Below, piece by piece: positions 1 to 10,323 of a stretch of DNA of 64,000 nucleotides. The notes beneath the pieces were generated by a model. It had not been told where the DNA came from. It was given only the letters and a program-made list of their open reading frames with translations, and made no database searches. Position 1 is the stretch's first letter. Each line of letters starts with the position of its first letter. The stretch is from Candidatus Poribacteria bacterium (GTDB lineage Bacteria; Poribacteria; WGA-4E; PCPOR2b): contig OZ244042.1 in assembly GCA_965215015.1 (NCBI GenBank), positions 5,408,001 through 5,472,000 of the forward strand, read 5' to 3'. The translations under genes and the position numbers were made by a program.

Positions 1-1
1 A

Positions 2-487
2 GGTGGTTCACGATTCTGGACACTCACCGCGGGCTATCTTGGAAGTCTGTTGTGGGGTGGGTTGATTCTGATTCTCGCGGCGCGGACGCACCTTGGTAAA
101 TTGATCAGTGCTGTTATCGGTGTGGGAATGATCCTCATTTCAGTCTTCTATCTGCGAAATAGTTTCGGCTTTCTATTCGGCGTCGGGTTCGGTGGGGGAC
201 TAATCATCGTCGGCAGATTTCTGCCAGAGTCGATTAATGAGTGGCTGCTGCGCGTAATCGGTTTGACCAGCTGTCTTTATGCAATTCTCGACATCAAGAG
301 CGATATTTTAGACCGCTCCCATCTCCAATCCGATGCCCGTATGCTCCACGAAGAGGTAACACCGTATATTCCGACCATTGTGTGGGGCATTTTATGGATG
401 GGGATTGCAGTAGGTGTAACCCTGTGTGTCCTTTACATTGCCGGCAAGGACAAAAATCGGCAGGAAGTATTGGACAACGGAGACTGA
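2..487 (+). CDS. M50B-like membrane peptidase family protein, 5'-truncated by the window edge
   Basis: The frame is open from base 2 (GGSRFWTLTAGYLGSLLWGG...). Multiple TM segments, an 'AGYLG' motif and 'YAILDI..D......SDA..L', typical of M50B-like proteins. Confidence 0.7.
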   Translation, partial: GGSRFWTLTAGYLGSLLWGGLILILAARTHLGKLISAVIGVGMILISVFYLRNSFGFLFGVGFGGGLIIVGRFLPESINEWLLRVIGLTSCLYAILDIKSDILDRSHLQSDARMLHEEVTPYIPTIVWGILWMGIAVGVTLCVLYIAGKDKNRQEVLDNGD

Positions 488-490
488 GTT

Positions 491-1003
491 TTGAAACAGT
501 TACGTGGCAAACCACTCAAGGATTTCCTCAAAGGGGCGGCGCGCCCGGATAGAGAACTTATCTTTATACTGCAAGATGTCGAGGATCCGGTCAACGTCGG
601 TTCCGCGTTTCGGATTGCGGACGCAGCCGGTGTGCGTCAGCTCATCTTGACGGGAATTAGTGCACGCCCGCCACACCCTTTGATTCGGAAGGTTGGGCGG
701 GGAAGGGATCGGCGGGTAAAGTGGAACTATACGAAACACGCATCGGATGCAATTTTAACCTTCAAAGCACAAGGCTATGTTAGCTGTGCACTGGAGATTA
801 CCGCAGCGGCTGTGCCGTACAATGAAACCGAATACCCCGATAAACTGTGCCTAATCGTTGGGCATGAAGATCACGGCGTAACGAGGCATACTCTTGCTGC
901 CTGTGATATGACAATCTATATTCCGATGTACGGCAAAGGAACTTCTTTAAATGTTCATGTGTCGTTAGGAATTGCGGCGTATCATATCCTGCACAGTGGT
1001 TGA
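491..1003 (+). CDS. TrmH/SpoU-family RNA 2'-O-methyltransferase
   Basis: SPOUT motifs 'DPVNVGSAFRIADAAG', 'VGHEDHGV' and 'IPMYGKGTSLNV'. Confidence 0.9.
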   Translation: MKQLRGKPLKDFLKGAARPDRELIFILQDVEDPVNVGSAFRIADAAGVRQLILTGISARPPHPLIRKVGRGRDRRVKWNYTKHASDAILTFKAQGYVSCALEITAAAVPYNETEYPDKLCLIVGHEDHGVTRHTLAACDMTIYIPMYGKGTSLNVHVSLGIAAYHILHSG

Positions 1004-1152
1004 AAAGTTTCGTGTAATAAGAAAAACTAATGTGAAACCGGGGGGGTAACTCCCACACATAAATGTTTGGGTTTTAGACCTAAAGGATTTTTGATAAACA
1101 AATTGACATCCGTTCATCTCAAATAGGTTTATGGGTTCAAAGGAGGAAATGG

Positions 1153-2172
1153 ATGAAGTTGAAGGTTGGCGTTGTGGGGTTAGGACGTGGGCGCGTATAC
1201 CTAGAAAACTTCTCAAGGCAGATTCAGGCGGAAGTGGTTGCGGTGTGCGATGTAGATACGTCCCGGTTGGAGGCGGCTGACTGTCCGACCGATACGTCAA
1301 GATACACGAATTATGAGAAATTTCTGAGGCATAATCTGGATCTGGTAGTCATCTGCACGGAGATGCCGCAACATGCCGAACATACAATCGCTGCATTGGA
1401 AGGTGGAAGGCATGTCCTCTGTGAAGTACCAGCGGCATACACACTGTCAGAATGCGAGGCGATTGTCCAAACCGTCGAAAAGACCGGATTGAAATATATG
1501 CTCGCTGAGAACTGCTGCTATAGCGACATGCACCTCGCATGGAAGGAGCAGATCGACGCCGGCGAACTTGGAAAAATTATCTACGCGGAAGCCGAATATA
1601 TTCACGACTGCCGGGGGCTAATGCGTCGTAGGAATGGAACGTTGACATGGCGAGCCAAGATGCCGCCAATCCAATACTGCACACATAGCCTCGGCCCCCT
1701 ACTTTTTTTAATGGAAGATCGGTGCACTGCAGCAACAGGATTAAATCCTGGTTCTAACATCGCCCCCGATCTCGGCGTAATAGATTTGGAGGTCGGGCTT
1801 TTTCAGATGGAGAGTGGTGCGGTTGTCAAGGTCTTATGCGGCTTCTCGATTGAACGTCACCCTGCATTCCACTGGTACGTCATCTACGGGACAAAGGGCG
1901 CGTTGGAAAGTAAACGTCAATACAAGGACAGAGTGAGCGGATATTTTCGGGGAATCGCCCCTGACCGAGAGATGTCCCCCTTTGCAAGTGATGACAGTGG
2001 GCACGGAGTCGCCGAAAGCAGAATCGTTGAGGGGTTCGTCAAATCCATCTTGAACGATACGAAACCACCAATTGATGTTTACGAAGCGGTGGATTATACT
2101 GCGCCGGGGATTTGTGCACACCTGTCTGCTGAAAGCAATGGTAAGGTTGTGCCGGTGCCGAATTATCGGTGA
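1153..2172 (+). CDS. Gfo/Idh/MocA-family oxidoreductase
   Basis: N-terminal 'VGVVGLGRG' Rossmann fold and 'GRHVLCEVP'; AGGAGG RBS upstream. Confidence 0.9.
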   Translation: MKLKVGVVGLGRGRVYLENFSRQIQAEVVAVCDVDTSRLEAADCPTDTSRYTNYEKFLRHNLDLVVICTEMPQHAEHTIAALEGGRHVLCEVPAAYTLSECEAIVQTVEKTGLKYMLAENCCYSDMHLAWKEQIDAGELGKIIYAEAEYIHDCRGLMRRRNGTLTWRAKMPPIQYCTHSLGPLLFLMEDRCTAATGLNPGSNIAPDLGVIDLEVGLFQMESGAVVKVLCGFSIERHPAFHWYVIYGTKGALESKRQYKDRVSGYFRGIAPDREMSPFASDDSGHGVAESRIVEGFVKSILNDTKPPIDVYEAVDYTAPGICAHLSAESNGKVVPVPNYR

Positions 2173-2195
2173 ATCGAAGAATCATCCGTATTGTT

Positions 2196-3233
2196 TCATG
2201 CCTTTTCAAACGCTACGATATCCCGATAGATCTTAGGAGAGACTCGCGCCCGCAGGTCAACATCGGCAAACCGCTGGCGAAATCTATGTTTCTGAATCAA
2301 ATCGAGAACTGTTTCGTGTGGCAGCGTGTTCAAGTTGTAAGCGACCACAATCGTTCCGTTCGATTTAAGTAAATGTCGCCAACTTGGTAGGGCGGCGTTT
2401 AGTAGCTCGTCTAATGAGATTGGGTTGAGTTTTTCGTTTCGGCTTCCGGCGCGAATCCCGTAAGGGAAATCTGTAATTAAGCTATCGAATTGCTGGCCAG
2501 ATAGATAGCGATGCGCCGCCCGTGTATCGCCGTTGATGATCTGATACCGGTTTTGGGGAGAGTCATGCGTTACGAAAAGATGACATGTTCCATCGTGGGA
2601 TTCTTCAAAATGCCTCCCAAGCCGCTGCAAGAGTTTTCGGAGATTTTGGGCACTCCGCTTCGAGGCTGTGGGAGAGATTTCTAAGGTCGCGCCATCAACC
2701 CCTCTTAGCACGCACTCGAAAAGCGTCTGTCCGTAGCCGCCCATCGGGTCTAGCACCCGACTGATAGGTGCCGTGTTGTAACTGAGGTTCAACATCGCAC
2801 GAATCAGGTACGGGGACTGCCTCGCCGGAGATTGGTAATCAAACGCCTGCGGAGCGATTGTGGTAACCCAGTCTTTATTGAGCGTGAGGGTCGGTTGAGG
2901 TGTCCCAGATTCAACGAAGGCACAAAAGGCATCGTAGTCCTTCCGTAAGTGCTCCGCCACTCGTTGGTTTCGATCCGTAGCCTCATCCGACCACACGAGT
3001 GTGTCGATTTGTATCAAAAAGGTCATCCACCAACACCGCTCGATTGCTTTAGGCGTCAATTCGCCTTCATGCCAGACGATACTCCCCGGCGGGTAGATCT
3101 CCGGTGTCGCAACCTCGACGACATGGGGCAGCAGGTTCACAATTTCGGCCTCAGACAGTCGCCCGACGATTCCCTCGTGACCGCTGACCTGCTTGTATTG
3201 GAAGTAGTAAACTGATATAGGATCTATGCACAT
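2196..3233 (-). CDS. TRM11-like SAM-dependent amino-methyltransferase
   Basis: Motif I 'VLDPMGGYGQTLFE' and motif IV-like 'ITDFPYG'. Start placed at ATG 3233 because the longer start (3275) overlaps the divergent promoter. Confidence 0.7.
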   Translation of the reverse strand: MCIDPISVYYFQYKQVSGHEGIVGRLSEAEIVNLLPHVVEVATPEIYPPGSIVWHEGELTPKAIERCWWMTFLIQIDTLVWSDEATDRNQRVAEHLRKDYDAFCAFVESGTPQPTLTLNKDWVTTIAPQAFDYQSPARQSPYLIRAMLNLSYNTAPISRVLDPMGGYGQTLFECVLRGVDGATLEISPTASKRSAQNLRKLLQRLGRHFEESHDGTCHLFVTHDSPQNRYQIINGDTRAAHRYLSGQQFDSLITDFPYGIRAGSRNEKLNPISLDELLNAALPSWRHLLKSNGTIVVAYNLNTLPHETVLDLIQKHRFRQRFADVDLRARVSPKIYRDIVAFEKA

Positions 3234-3316
3234 TTTCGCCTTAAAAAAAAAGGATTGACAGAACCGAAAGGACATATTAGAGTATATCCACTTGAGACTG
3301 TTAGGAGGACTGATAG

Positions 3317-3694
3317 ATGCGTCAATTCGTTGTTTGGGTTTCAGTGATAGTAGTAATCGGTTTAATAGTAATTATAACTATTTCACTAGTTAGGATGCCA
3401 CCAGCGACCCCGAAAATTTTTCCAGCTGACCGGGGGACCAACTTTATTGACGTGTCCACCTATCCGCCGGAGATGCAGAAAAACTACAAACTGTTTGAAC
3501 AAAAATGCAGTCGCTGCCACACCCTCGCCCGTGCAATTAACTCAGAATTGACCGGGGAGGCGTGGCGAAAATATGTCTACAAAATGATGCGGAAACCGGG
3601 ATCGGGCTTAACATCGAAAACCGCAGAACCGATTATTAAGTTTCTAATTTACGATTCGGAAACGCGAAAAAAGCGAGAGCCAAATACTAACTGA
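3317..3694 (+). CDS. Membrane-anchored monoheme cytochrome c (P840 cytochrome c551-like domain)
   Basis: N-terminal TM helix, CSRCH heme motif, distal Met in 'YVYKMMRKP'; AGGAGG RBS. Confidence 0.8.
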   Translation: MRQFVVWVSVIVVIGLIVIITISLVRMPPATPKIFPADRGTNFIDVSTYPPEMQKNYKLFEQKCSRCHTLARAINSELTGEAWRKYVYKMMRKPGSGLTSKTAEPIIKFLIYDSETRKKREPNTN

Positions 3695-3780
3695 ATCGCA
3701 AGCTCAAGGCTTCACAGCACGTCCATGACGCAAATTCCCACATCTTAACAGACACAACGTTATAAATCAGAAGCGCGACC

Positions 3781-3890
3781 ATGACACCTAAAATGACAAT
3801 GCTTTATTGGAAATCGAACAAATTTTGGCTCGGAAAACTCCTTGAACCCCCGAAAATAATGACGCAGGGGGAAACCCTTGAGGAATTAAA
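3781..3890 (+). pseudogene. Truncated HicB-family antitoxin
   Basis: 'MLYWKSNKFWLGKLLEPPKIMTQGETLEEL' matches the HicB 'TQGETLEE' motif; similarity stops just upstream of the IS. Confidence 0.65.
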
Positions 3891-3981
3891 AAAAACGCGC
3901 TTAACAGATAAAGGCTTGGCTTTTTGGCGTATTTTTGAGATAATCATATCGTCTAAACCCGCATGAATAAAGGAGTCAAGC

Positions 3982-4866
3982 ATGAATTTACTTGAGATTG
4001 TCGAGCGATTTTCGACTCATGAAAATTGTATTAAGCACCTCGAAAACGTGCGGTGGGGAGATTCCCCGGAGTGTCCGCATTGTGGGAGTGATAGAGTTGC
4101 CAGAAAACGTGAAAATGATAAAATTGGGCGATGGAATTGCCACCAATGCAAGTCGAGTTTCAATGTTTTGTCTGGCACGCTGTTTCAAGGGACTAAGATT
4201 TCACTCACGAAGTGGTTTGTTGGGATTGCCTTGATGGTAGATGCCAAGAAAAGCCTGTCCAGTTGTCAACTTGCCCGGCATCTCGGGCTGAATCAGATGT
4301 CTACATGGTACATGATGCAACGAATAAGGAAAGAGATGGAATGCCGGGGCACCACTTTCTTGAAAGGCATTGTCGAATGTGATGAAACTTACTTGGGTGG
4401 CAAACCTCGCAGAAGAAAAGATGATGACGACAACCTGCCTCCTGCACCGAAACGGGGTAGAGGGACAGCAAAGACAGCAGTTATCGGTGCAATAGAACGG
4501 ACGGGTAAGGTTGTTGCCCGTATCGCCACAGATTTAACCCGTCAGGGTGTTATTGGGTTTATCAAAGATGTTGTTAACCCCAAGCAATTGGTTCTCATGA
4601 CAGATGAGTTCCAGAGTTACGAAGGTGCTTCGGAATTAATGCCTCATTCGACTGTCAAACACGGTGAGAAAGAGTATGTCAAAGGCATCGCTCATACGAA
4701 CACGATTGAGGGATTTTGGTCAATGCTCAAGCGAGCATTTCACGGAACGCATCATCATTACAGTAAGAAATGGACACCACTTTACCTGGCGGGAGCCTGT
4801 TTTAAGTGGAACAATCGGGGCCGCCCCAAGGGGTTTGAGAGATTTATCAGGGAATGTTTTGTGTAG
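3982..4866 (+). mobile_element. IS1595-family transposase
   Basis: Zn ribbon CPHC...CHQC; DDE-type motifs 'VECDETYLGG', 'LMTDE' and 'HTNTIEGFWSMLKR'. Terminal inverted repeats were not identified. Confidence 0.92.
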
Positions 4867-5004
4867 CAGCCCCGGATAGAATTATCTGCGCCGTCGGGGG
4901 CGAGGGCTGCGTATTCCCAGTTTCCTGTCAAAAGAATCTTGAATGTGCTTTTGGGTGGGGGGGTTGAGATTATCATACCGATTTCCGTCAGGTTTCGTCC
5001 GTAA

Positions 5005-6670
5005 CGGATTCAAATAGCCCCCTTATCTGATTCAGACATTTTCAGCACACTCCACAATACCGATTTCTTCAGGGGTTAAATTGTATAATGAGTATACTAT
5101 CCGAATTCGGGGTGTTACGGAGGCAAAAAAAATCCGTCTATGGTGATACTTATCCTGTTTATCCCTCCATCCTGGAAATCCTGATTCAGCACACGGATTC
5201 AAATAGCCACCTTATCTAATTCAGACATTTTCCGATCCCTCCACAATAGCGATTTCTGCAGGGATTAAATTGTATAATGAGTATACTATCCGAATTCGGG
5301 GTGTTACAGAGGCAAAAAAATCCGTCTATGGTGATACTTATCCTGTTTATCCCTCCATCCTGAAAATCTTGATTCAGACAATTAGTGTCTCATTCACAAT
5401 CTTAAGTTCCCGCAGCGTCAGAAGCGCAGATTAACGCAGATTCAAAAAAGCCAATCCCTCCACAATAGCGATTTCTGCAGGAGTCAAACCGTATAAATGG
5501 TCAGAATCTGGATTCACCAGATTCTATGATTCTCAGGATTTTTAGATGCTGCCGTTTCTATCCTGTTTATCCTTCCATCCTGGAAATCCTGATTCAGCAC
5601 ACGGATTCAAATAGCCACCTTATCTAATTCAGACATTTTCAGCACACTCCACAATAGCGATTTCTGCAGGGGTTAAATTGTATAATGAGTATACTATCCG
5701 AATTCGGGGTGTTACGGAGGCAAAAAAATCCGTCTATGGTGATACTTATCCTGTTTATCCTTCCATCCTGAAAATCCTGATTCAGACATTTTCAGCACAC
5801 TCCACAATAGCGATTTCTGCAGGGGTTAAATTGTATAATGAGTATACTATCCGAATTCGGGGTGTTACGGAGGCAAAAAAATCCGTCTATGGTGATACTT
5901 ATCCTGTTTATCCTTCCATCCTGAAAATCCTGATTCAGACATTTTCAGCACACTCCACAATACCGATTTCTGCAGGGGTGAGAACGTATACAATTGTCAG
6001 AATCTGGATTCACCAGATTTTATGATTCTCAGGATTTTTAGATGCTGCCGTTTCTATCCTGTTTATCTCTCCATCCTGGAAACCCTGATTCAGCACACGG
6101 ATTCAAATAGCCACCCTATCTAATTCAGACATTTTCAGCACACTCCACAATAGCGATTTCTGCAGGGGTTAAATTGTATAATGAGTATACTATCCGAATT
6201 CGGGGTGTTACGGAGGCAAAAAAATCCGTCTATGGTGATACTTATCCTGTTTATCCTTCCATCCTGAAAATCTTGATTCAGACAATTAGTGTCTCATTCA
6301 CAATCTTAAGTTCCCGCAGCGTCAGAAGCGCAGATTAACGCAGATTCAAGGTTGAAGCAGATTCAAAAAAGCCAATCCCTCCACAATACCGATTTCTGCA
6401 GGAGTCAGACCGTATAAATGGTCAGAAGCTGGATTCACCAGATTCTATGATTCTCAGGATTTTTAGATGCTACTGTTTCTATCCTGTTTATCCCTCCATC
6501 CTGGAAATCCTGATTCAGACATTTTCAGCACACTCCACAATAGCGATTTCTGCAGGGGTTAAATTGTATAATGAGTATACTATCCGAATTCGGGGTGTTA
6601 CGGAGGCAAAAAAATCCGTCTATGGTGATACTTATCCTGTTTATCCCTCCATCCTGAAAATCTTGATTCA
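5005..6670. repeat. Composite tandem array: nine copies of the type IIG RM gene 3' end interleaved with palindromic ...ATCCTGATTCAGAC elements
   Basis: CCACAATASCGATTTC recurs at about 5052, 5241, 5460, 5649, 5802, 5954, 6145, 6381 and 6536, and in the gene itself at about 6688. Units are roughly 150-235 bp. Confidence 0.92.
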
Positions 6671-9600
6671 GACATTTTCCAATCCCTCCACAATAGCGAT
6701 TTCTTCAGGAGTCAGACCGTATAATAAGTATACTATCTGATCAATCTCATTTTCAAGTTCGGATACATCGGCGTTTGGGTCGGGGCGTTTAGCGTCGAGG
6801 ATTTGAGCAACAAGTTCAATCATTGGTGCTTGTTGCTCAGGTGAGACATTAGGAATAGGTAGTGCCTTGGCATCATTGGGATAAAAATGCAAACCTTCAC
6901 TTAAAAAGCTAAGGAAATACCATTTTGTGAATATAGAATTCAGAACCCCCAGTAGAAACCTGTAATCATATTGCCTAGAAAATTGGCTGTCAGAGCTTTG
7001 CACCGCCCGACGTGCCGAGATATGAGATACCTCTGCAAGCAAATCCAATCGGACGCAGTTTACAACTGTATGACTGTTATAGAAGCCTTCATCGTCATAA
7101 GCAAATCGCAAGCTATCTTTTACAACATTGATAAACATCAGCTTCTTGTTCTCGAATAGCTCTGGAAACATAGGATTGTAGTGTTCATTGGGCGTATAAT
7201 TCAACCATCCTTCTTGAGAGAACGAATAACGCTCAATATTTTTTCCTTCACAAAATCGTTTGCTGCCTGAAATCAGCTCCTGGCTGATATAGTACTTCTT
7301 TCCCAACTTTTTCGAGCGATGATTAAGTCTAGCCCCGTAGGCAACAAAGCAAATGCGATCGAAGCGAACTGCACGATGCCATACTTTTTCTTTTAATTTG
7401 ATACTATTAAATACAAGTGGATTCGTTTCAAGGCGAGAATTCTTAAGCTTTGCAAAGGCTTGTTGATTAATAAAAAATTCCTTTCCGCCCCGCGTATCAA
7501 AATCCGCGTTGCTGTAATGTAACCGGATTTTCGTTTGACTTTGCCCTTTATGATTACCAACGACCAGAACGATATTATACACGATTGCGTTCTCGAAAAT
7601 TCTATAGCTACACGCATCCACAATCTCCCGAATGGTATGATTTTCTATGAGAATTCGACGCATTTTCTCCCCATATTGTTGTGTGGCAAAAGCGCGAGGA
7701 AGAATGAAACACATAATGCCCTTGATATTAAGAATAGAAACAGATTTTTCAAGGAATGCAATGTAAATATCTGTTCTCCCTTCGCAGGCTTGATAGTTCT
7801 TGAACAAATAATGCTTCGTTGTAACAGGAAGATTCTCAATATTGATATACGGTGGATTTCCAATGACGACATCAAACCCCTTCCTCACCCCAAACATCCA
7901 CTCCGGGTCAAACCAATCCGCGCTTGCATTCGGGTCGTAAGGGTCCCAAGCGGCGACTTTATTCGCATCATCGGCAGGCATCCCGATATGCGTTAATTCT
8001 GTCGCCAATGCTCGCCGCAATTTCTTGTCGGCTCGCTTACACGCCAGTTTCTGGGAGCGTGTCGTTGCGTGGAAATGCCGTTCCCGATTCTTACCCAATT
8101 CCCCTTCTAATGTTTTCGCTCTTCGACTGGTCAGGGTGCGTTCACCTTCGAGACCGATGAGCGTGTTAGCCGCAACAAACCGTGTCTCCAGATTCGGCAG
8201 CGGCTTAATCCCAAAGTTAGCTGCGGCCCTATCCGGCTCCTGCTCAATGGCAAGGGAGATGAAAAAGCGGAGTTTGGCAATTTGGCAAGCGATAGATTGA
8301 ATATCCACGCCGAAGATGCTGTTTTGAATCAGATACAACTTCCGTCCGAAATCCGAATCGCGGTACCGTTTGAAAGTTTCGTTGATTTCGAGGAGGGCTT
8401 CACGGCGTATGTGGTCATCTGCCGTATCAAACGCATCCGCCGCGCGTTGGATGGCGCGTTCTTTCTGTAGCTGTTCCCATCGGGTGTTATCGGGGTCCAG
8501 CCGTCGTAGGGCAAGCGTCAGTTTATGCAGTATTCCCATCGGAAACGCCCCGGAACCGACGGCGGGGTCAAGTATCTTCAGTTCTGAAATTGCCCGCACT
8601 ACCCGGTCCGATTCACAGCTATCGAACCGTTCGGTCGCATCATCAAATGCCTTTGCGTAATCGAACAGATAGCGCAACCGCTCGTCCCAAAACTTCGGGT
8701 CTCCGTCCGGCGGCGACACCTGTCCTGCAAGCGTGGCGACTAACGTCTCCTCTACCATGTAGTCCACAATGGCGCGGGGGGTGTAATAGGAACCGGTCTG
8801 CTTTCGTGCCGTTGTGCCGGTTTCGGGGTTATACGCAGCGAGCAGGTTTTCAAACACCTTGCCAAGTAGCTCCGGGTCCAACGCGACCTCCTGCTCTATC
8901 GGTGTGTTTTCCTCAACGGTAAACTTGTACCGTTTCAGCAGGGGAATCAGACCGTAAGCATCATCGAAGAAGAGACGGTTAGGAATACTTAATTGACTGT
9001 AATGCACATCAGAAAAGCAATCCACCCGGTAGCCGCCATCCCGTGTCGCCTCCTCGCTGTCGAGGCAATCGAATAAGCCACCGTTGATGAATGGTGTTTG
9101 GGCAAACAGCCCCAGCAGCTGGTCGGGATCGGCTATCTGGTCTCTGTAGCGATACCGTGAGAAATTGCGATGGACCGGATTGCCCCCTTCGCTAAAGCCA
9201 CGCTTCTCTATCTCGGTGTTTAGCGTGGCGAAAAACAGGTTCTGCAGCACCGCGCGGTAGTAGGAATCGCCGGTGTCGCGTTCATAGTCTTTCAGCAATG
9301 GGGCGATGTGCATCTCGTTGAACAGGTCATCGGCGATCAGTCCCTTCTCTTTGATAAACCAGACGAATAGCAGTCGCGTGATTAAGCGGATGACGTGCTC
9401 TTCTGGTTTCAAGATGCGATGTTCGTTTGTCGGGAACTCCCCTTCATCAACTGCCCATTCAAACCAGTCGAACAATTCTCGATAGAATTTCTTGTTGAGT
9501 GCTTCGGTGTCGAGTGTCTTTTCCCAAGCGCGATGGAGCTCGACAAAGTTGCGGACACCGTGCGTTGGGTTCAACGGTTCGAGGGCGAGATCGAATAGGA

Positions 9601-10174
9601 TATCGATGTGGGCACGATGGGTATCGTTGTAATCAATATTCTTGATAAGGGTTACTTTTTCGAGGACATCGCGGGATGGGTCGCGTAGCCCCAAACGGCG
9701 ATTGATAATCGACAGCGTGAGTGTATCGCCGTGTTGAAAGAGCAGCATCGCGGGTATCGAGAACAACTTGTTGATTTCGCGGGTGATTTGTGACAGTTGG
9801 GTGCGGTTGTAACCGCTGCCTTCCAACCGGATTGCGAAGAAAAGGTAGGACTCGATGATGGTATTATCTACCTGCGTCTGGCTGGGATTGAAACTCCATC
9901 GGGTTGTATCCGTGGGTGTCAGGTCCTCGCCTGTGAGTTGGAAAAGCAGGTCAATAGAGGTCCATTCTGCTGTCAATGCCCTATCGCGCCTTAGTTTTCC
10001 TTGCGGATCATACGCGTCAATAAAGGCGTCGAGGGTATTTGATTCAAGGGCTAGCGTCCTTTCGCTTTGATAGCCGAGTATGTTGAGCAGATTTCGTGCA
10101 TTTTCAGCGAGGGCCCTATCGGTGAAGCGGTTTAGGGCATTCGTGATGGCGGCTTTGTGTTGTGGGTCGTTCAT
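6668..10174 (-). CDS. Type IIG (Eco57I-like) restriction-modification protein: N6-adenine MTase with C-terminal TRD
   Basis: 'RKQTGSYYTP', 'ILDPAVGSGAF', 'GFDVVIGNPPY' and a TaqI-C-like end 'IDQIVYLLYGLTPEEIAIVEG'. Confidence 0.9.
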   Translation of the reverse strand: MNDPQHKAAITNALNRFTDRALAENARNLLNILGYQSERTLALESNTLDAFIDAYDPQGKLRRDRALTAEWTSIDLLFQLTGEDLTPTDTTRWSFNPSQTQVDNTIIESYLFFAIRLEGSGYNRTQLSQITREINKLFSIPAMLLFQHGDTLTLSIINRRLGLRDPSRDVLEKVTLIKNIDYNDTHRAHIDILFDLALEPLNPTHGVRNFVELHRAWEKTLDTEALNKKFYRELFDWFEWAVDEGEFPTNEHRILKPEEHVIRLITRLLFVWFIKEKGLIADDLFNEMHIAPLLKDYERDTGDSYYRAVLQNLFFATLNTEIEKRGFSEGGNPVHRNFSRYRYRDQIADPDQLLGLFAQTPFINGGLFDCLDSEEATRDGGYRVDCFSDVHYSQLSIPNRLFFDDAYGLIPLLKRYKFTVEENTPIEQEVALDPELLGKVFENLLAAYNPETGTTARKQTGSYYTPRAIVDYMVEETLVATLAGQVSPPDGDPKFWDERLRYLFDYAKAFDDATERFDSCESDRVVRAISELKILDPAVGSGAFPMGILHKLTLALRRLDPDNTRWEQLQKERAIQRAADAFDTADDHIRREALLEINETFKRYRDSDFGRKLYLIQNSIFGVDIQSIACQIAKLRFFISLAIEQEPDRAAANFGIKPLPNLETRFVAANTLIGLEGERTLTSRRAKTLEGELGKNRERHFHATTRSQKLACKRADKKLRRALATELTHIGMPADDANKVAAWDPYDPNASADWFDPEWMFGVRKGFDVVIGNPPYINIENLPVTTKHYLFKNYQACEGRTDIYIAFLEKSVSILNIKGIMCFILPRAFATQQYGEKMRRILIENHTIREIVDACSYRIFENAIVYNIVLVVGNHKGQSQTKIRLHYSNADFDTRGGKEFFINQQAFAKLKNSRLETNPLVFNSIKLKEKVWHRAVRFDRICFVAYGARLNHRSKKLGKKYYISQELISGSKRFCEGKNIERYSFSQEGWLNYTPNEHYNPMFPELFENKKLMFINVVKDSLRFAYDDEGFYNSHTVVNCVRLDLLAEVSHISARRAVQSSDSQFSRQYDYRFLLGVLNSIFTKWYFLSFLSEGLHFYPNDAKALPIPNVSPEQQAPMIELVAQILDAKRPDPNADVSELENEIDQIVYLLYGLTPEEIAIVEGLENV

Positions 10175-10200
10175 CTTTAGGCTTTCCTGAGTTTAATCTT

Positions 10201-10323
10201 TTAAGCTAAATCCGTGAAGGGGACAGGCATTTTCATCCCTTTGAACTCGATGCGGTCAGCTTCGCCGAATTCGATGATTTGTAGCAATTCTTCGTCTGTA
10301 AAATCTGACATTGTGATTTCCAT
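10201..10323 (-). pseudogene. N-terminal remnant of a Schlafen/AlbA_2-domain protein
   Basis: A 40-aa ORF, MEITMSDFTDEELLQIIEFGEADRIEFKG..., with a GGGGAG RBS. 'GE.D..EFK' is the AlbA_2 N-terminal motif. Confidence 0.65.

Noticed and set aside
5005-6670. CRISPR array
   Set aside because: Units are 150-235 bp, the intervening sequences are themselves repeated rather than unique spacers, and no cas genes are present.
5678-6740. Plus-strand ORFs (115 and 97 aa) in the array, and the 63-75-aa ORFs at 10651-11202
   Set aside because: They are translations of DNA repeats with no independent coding evidence.
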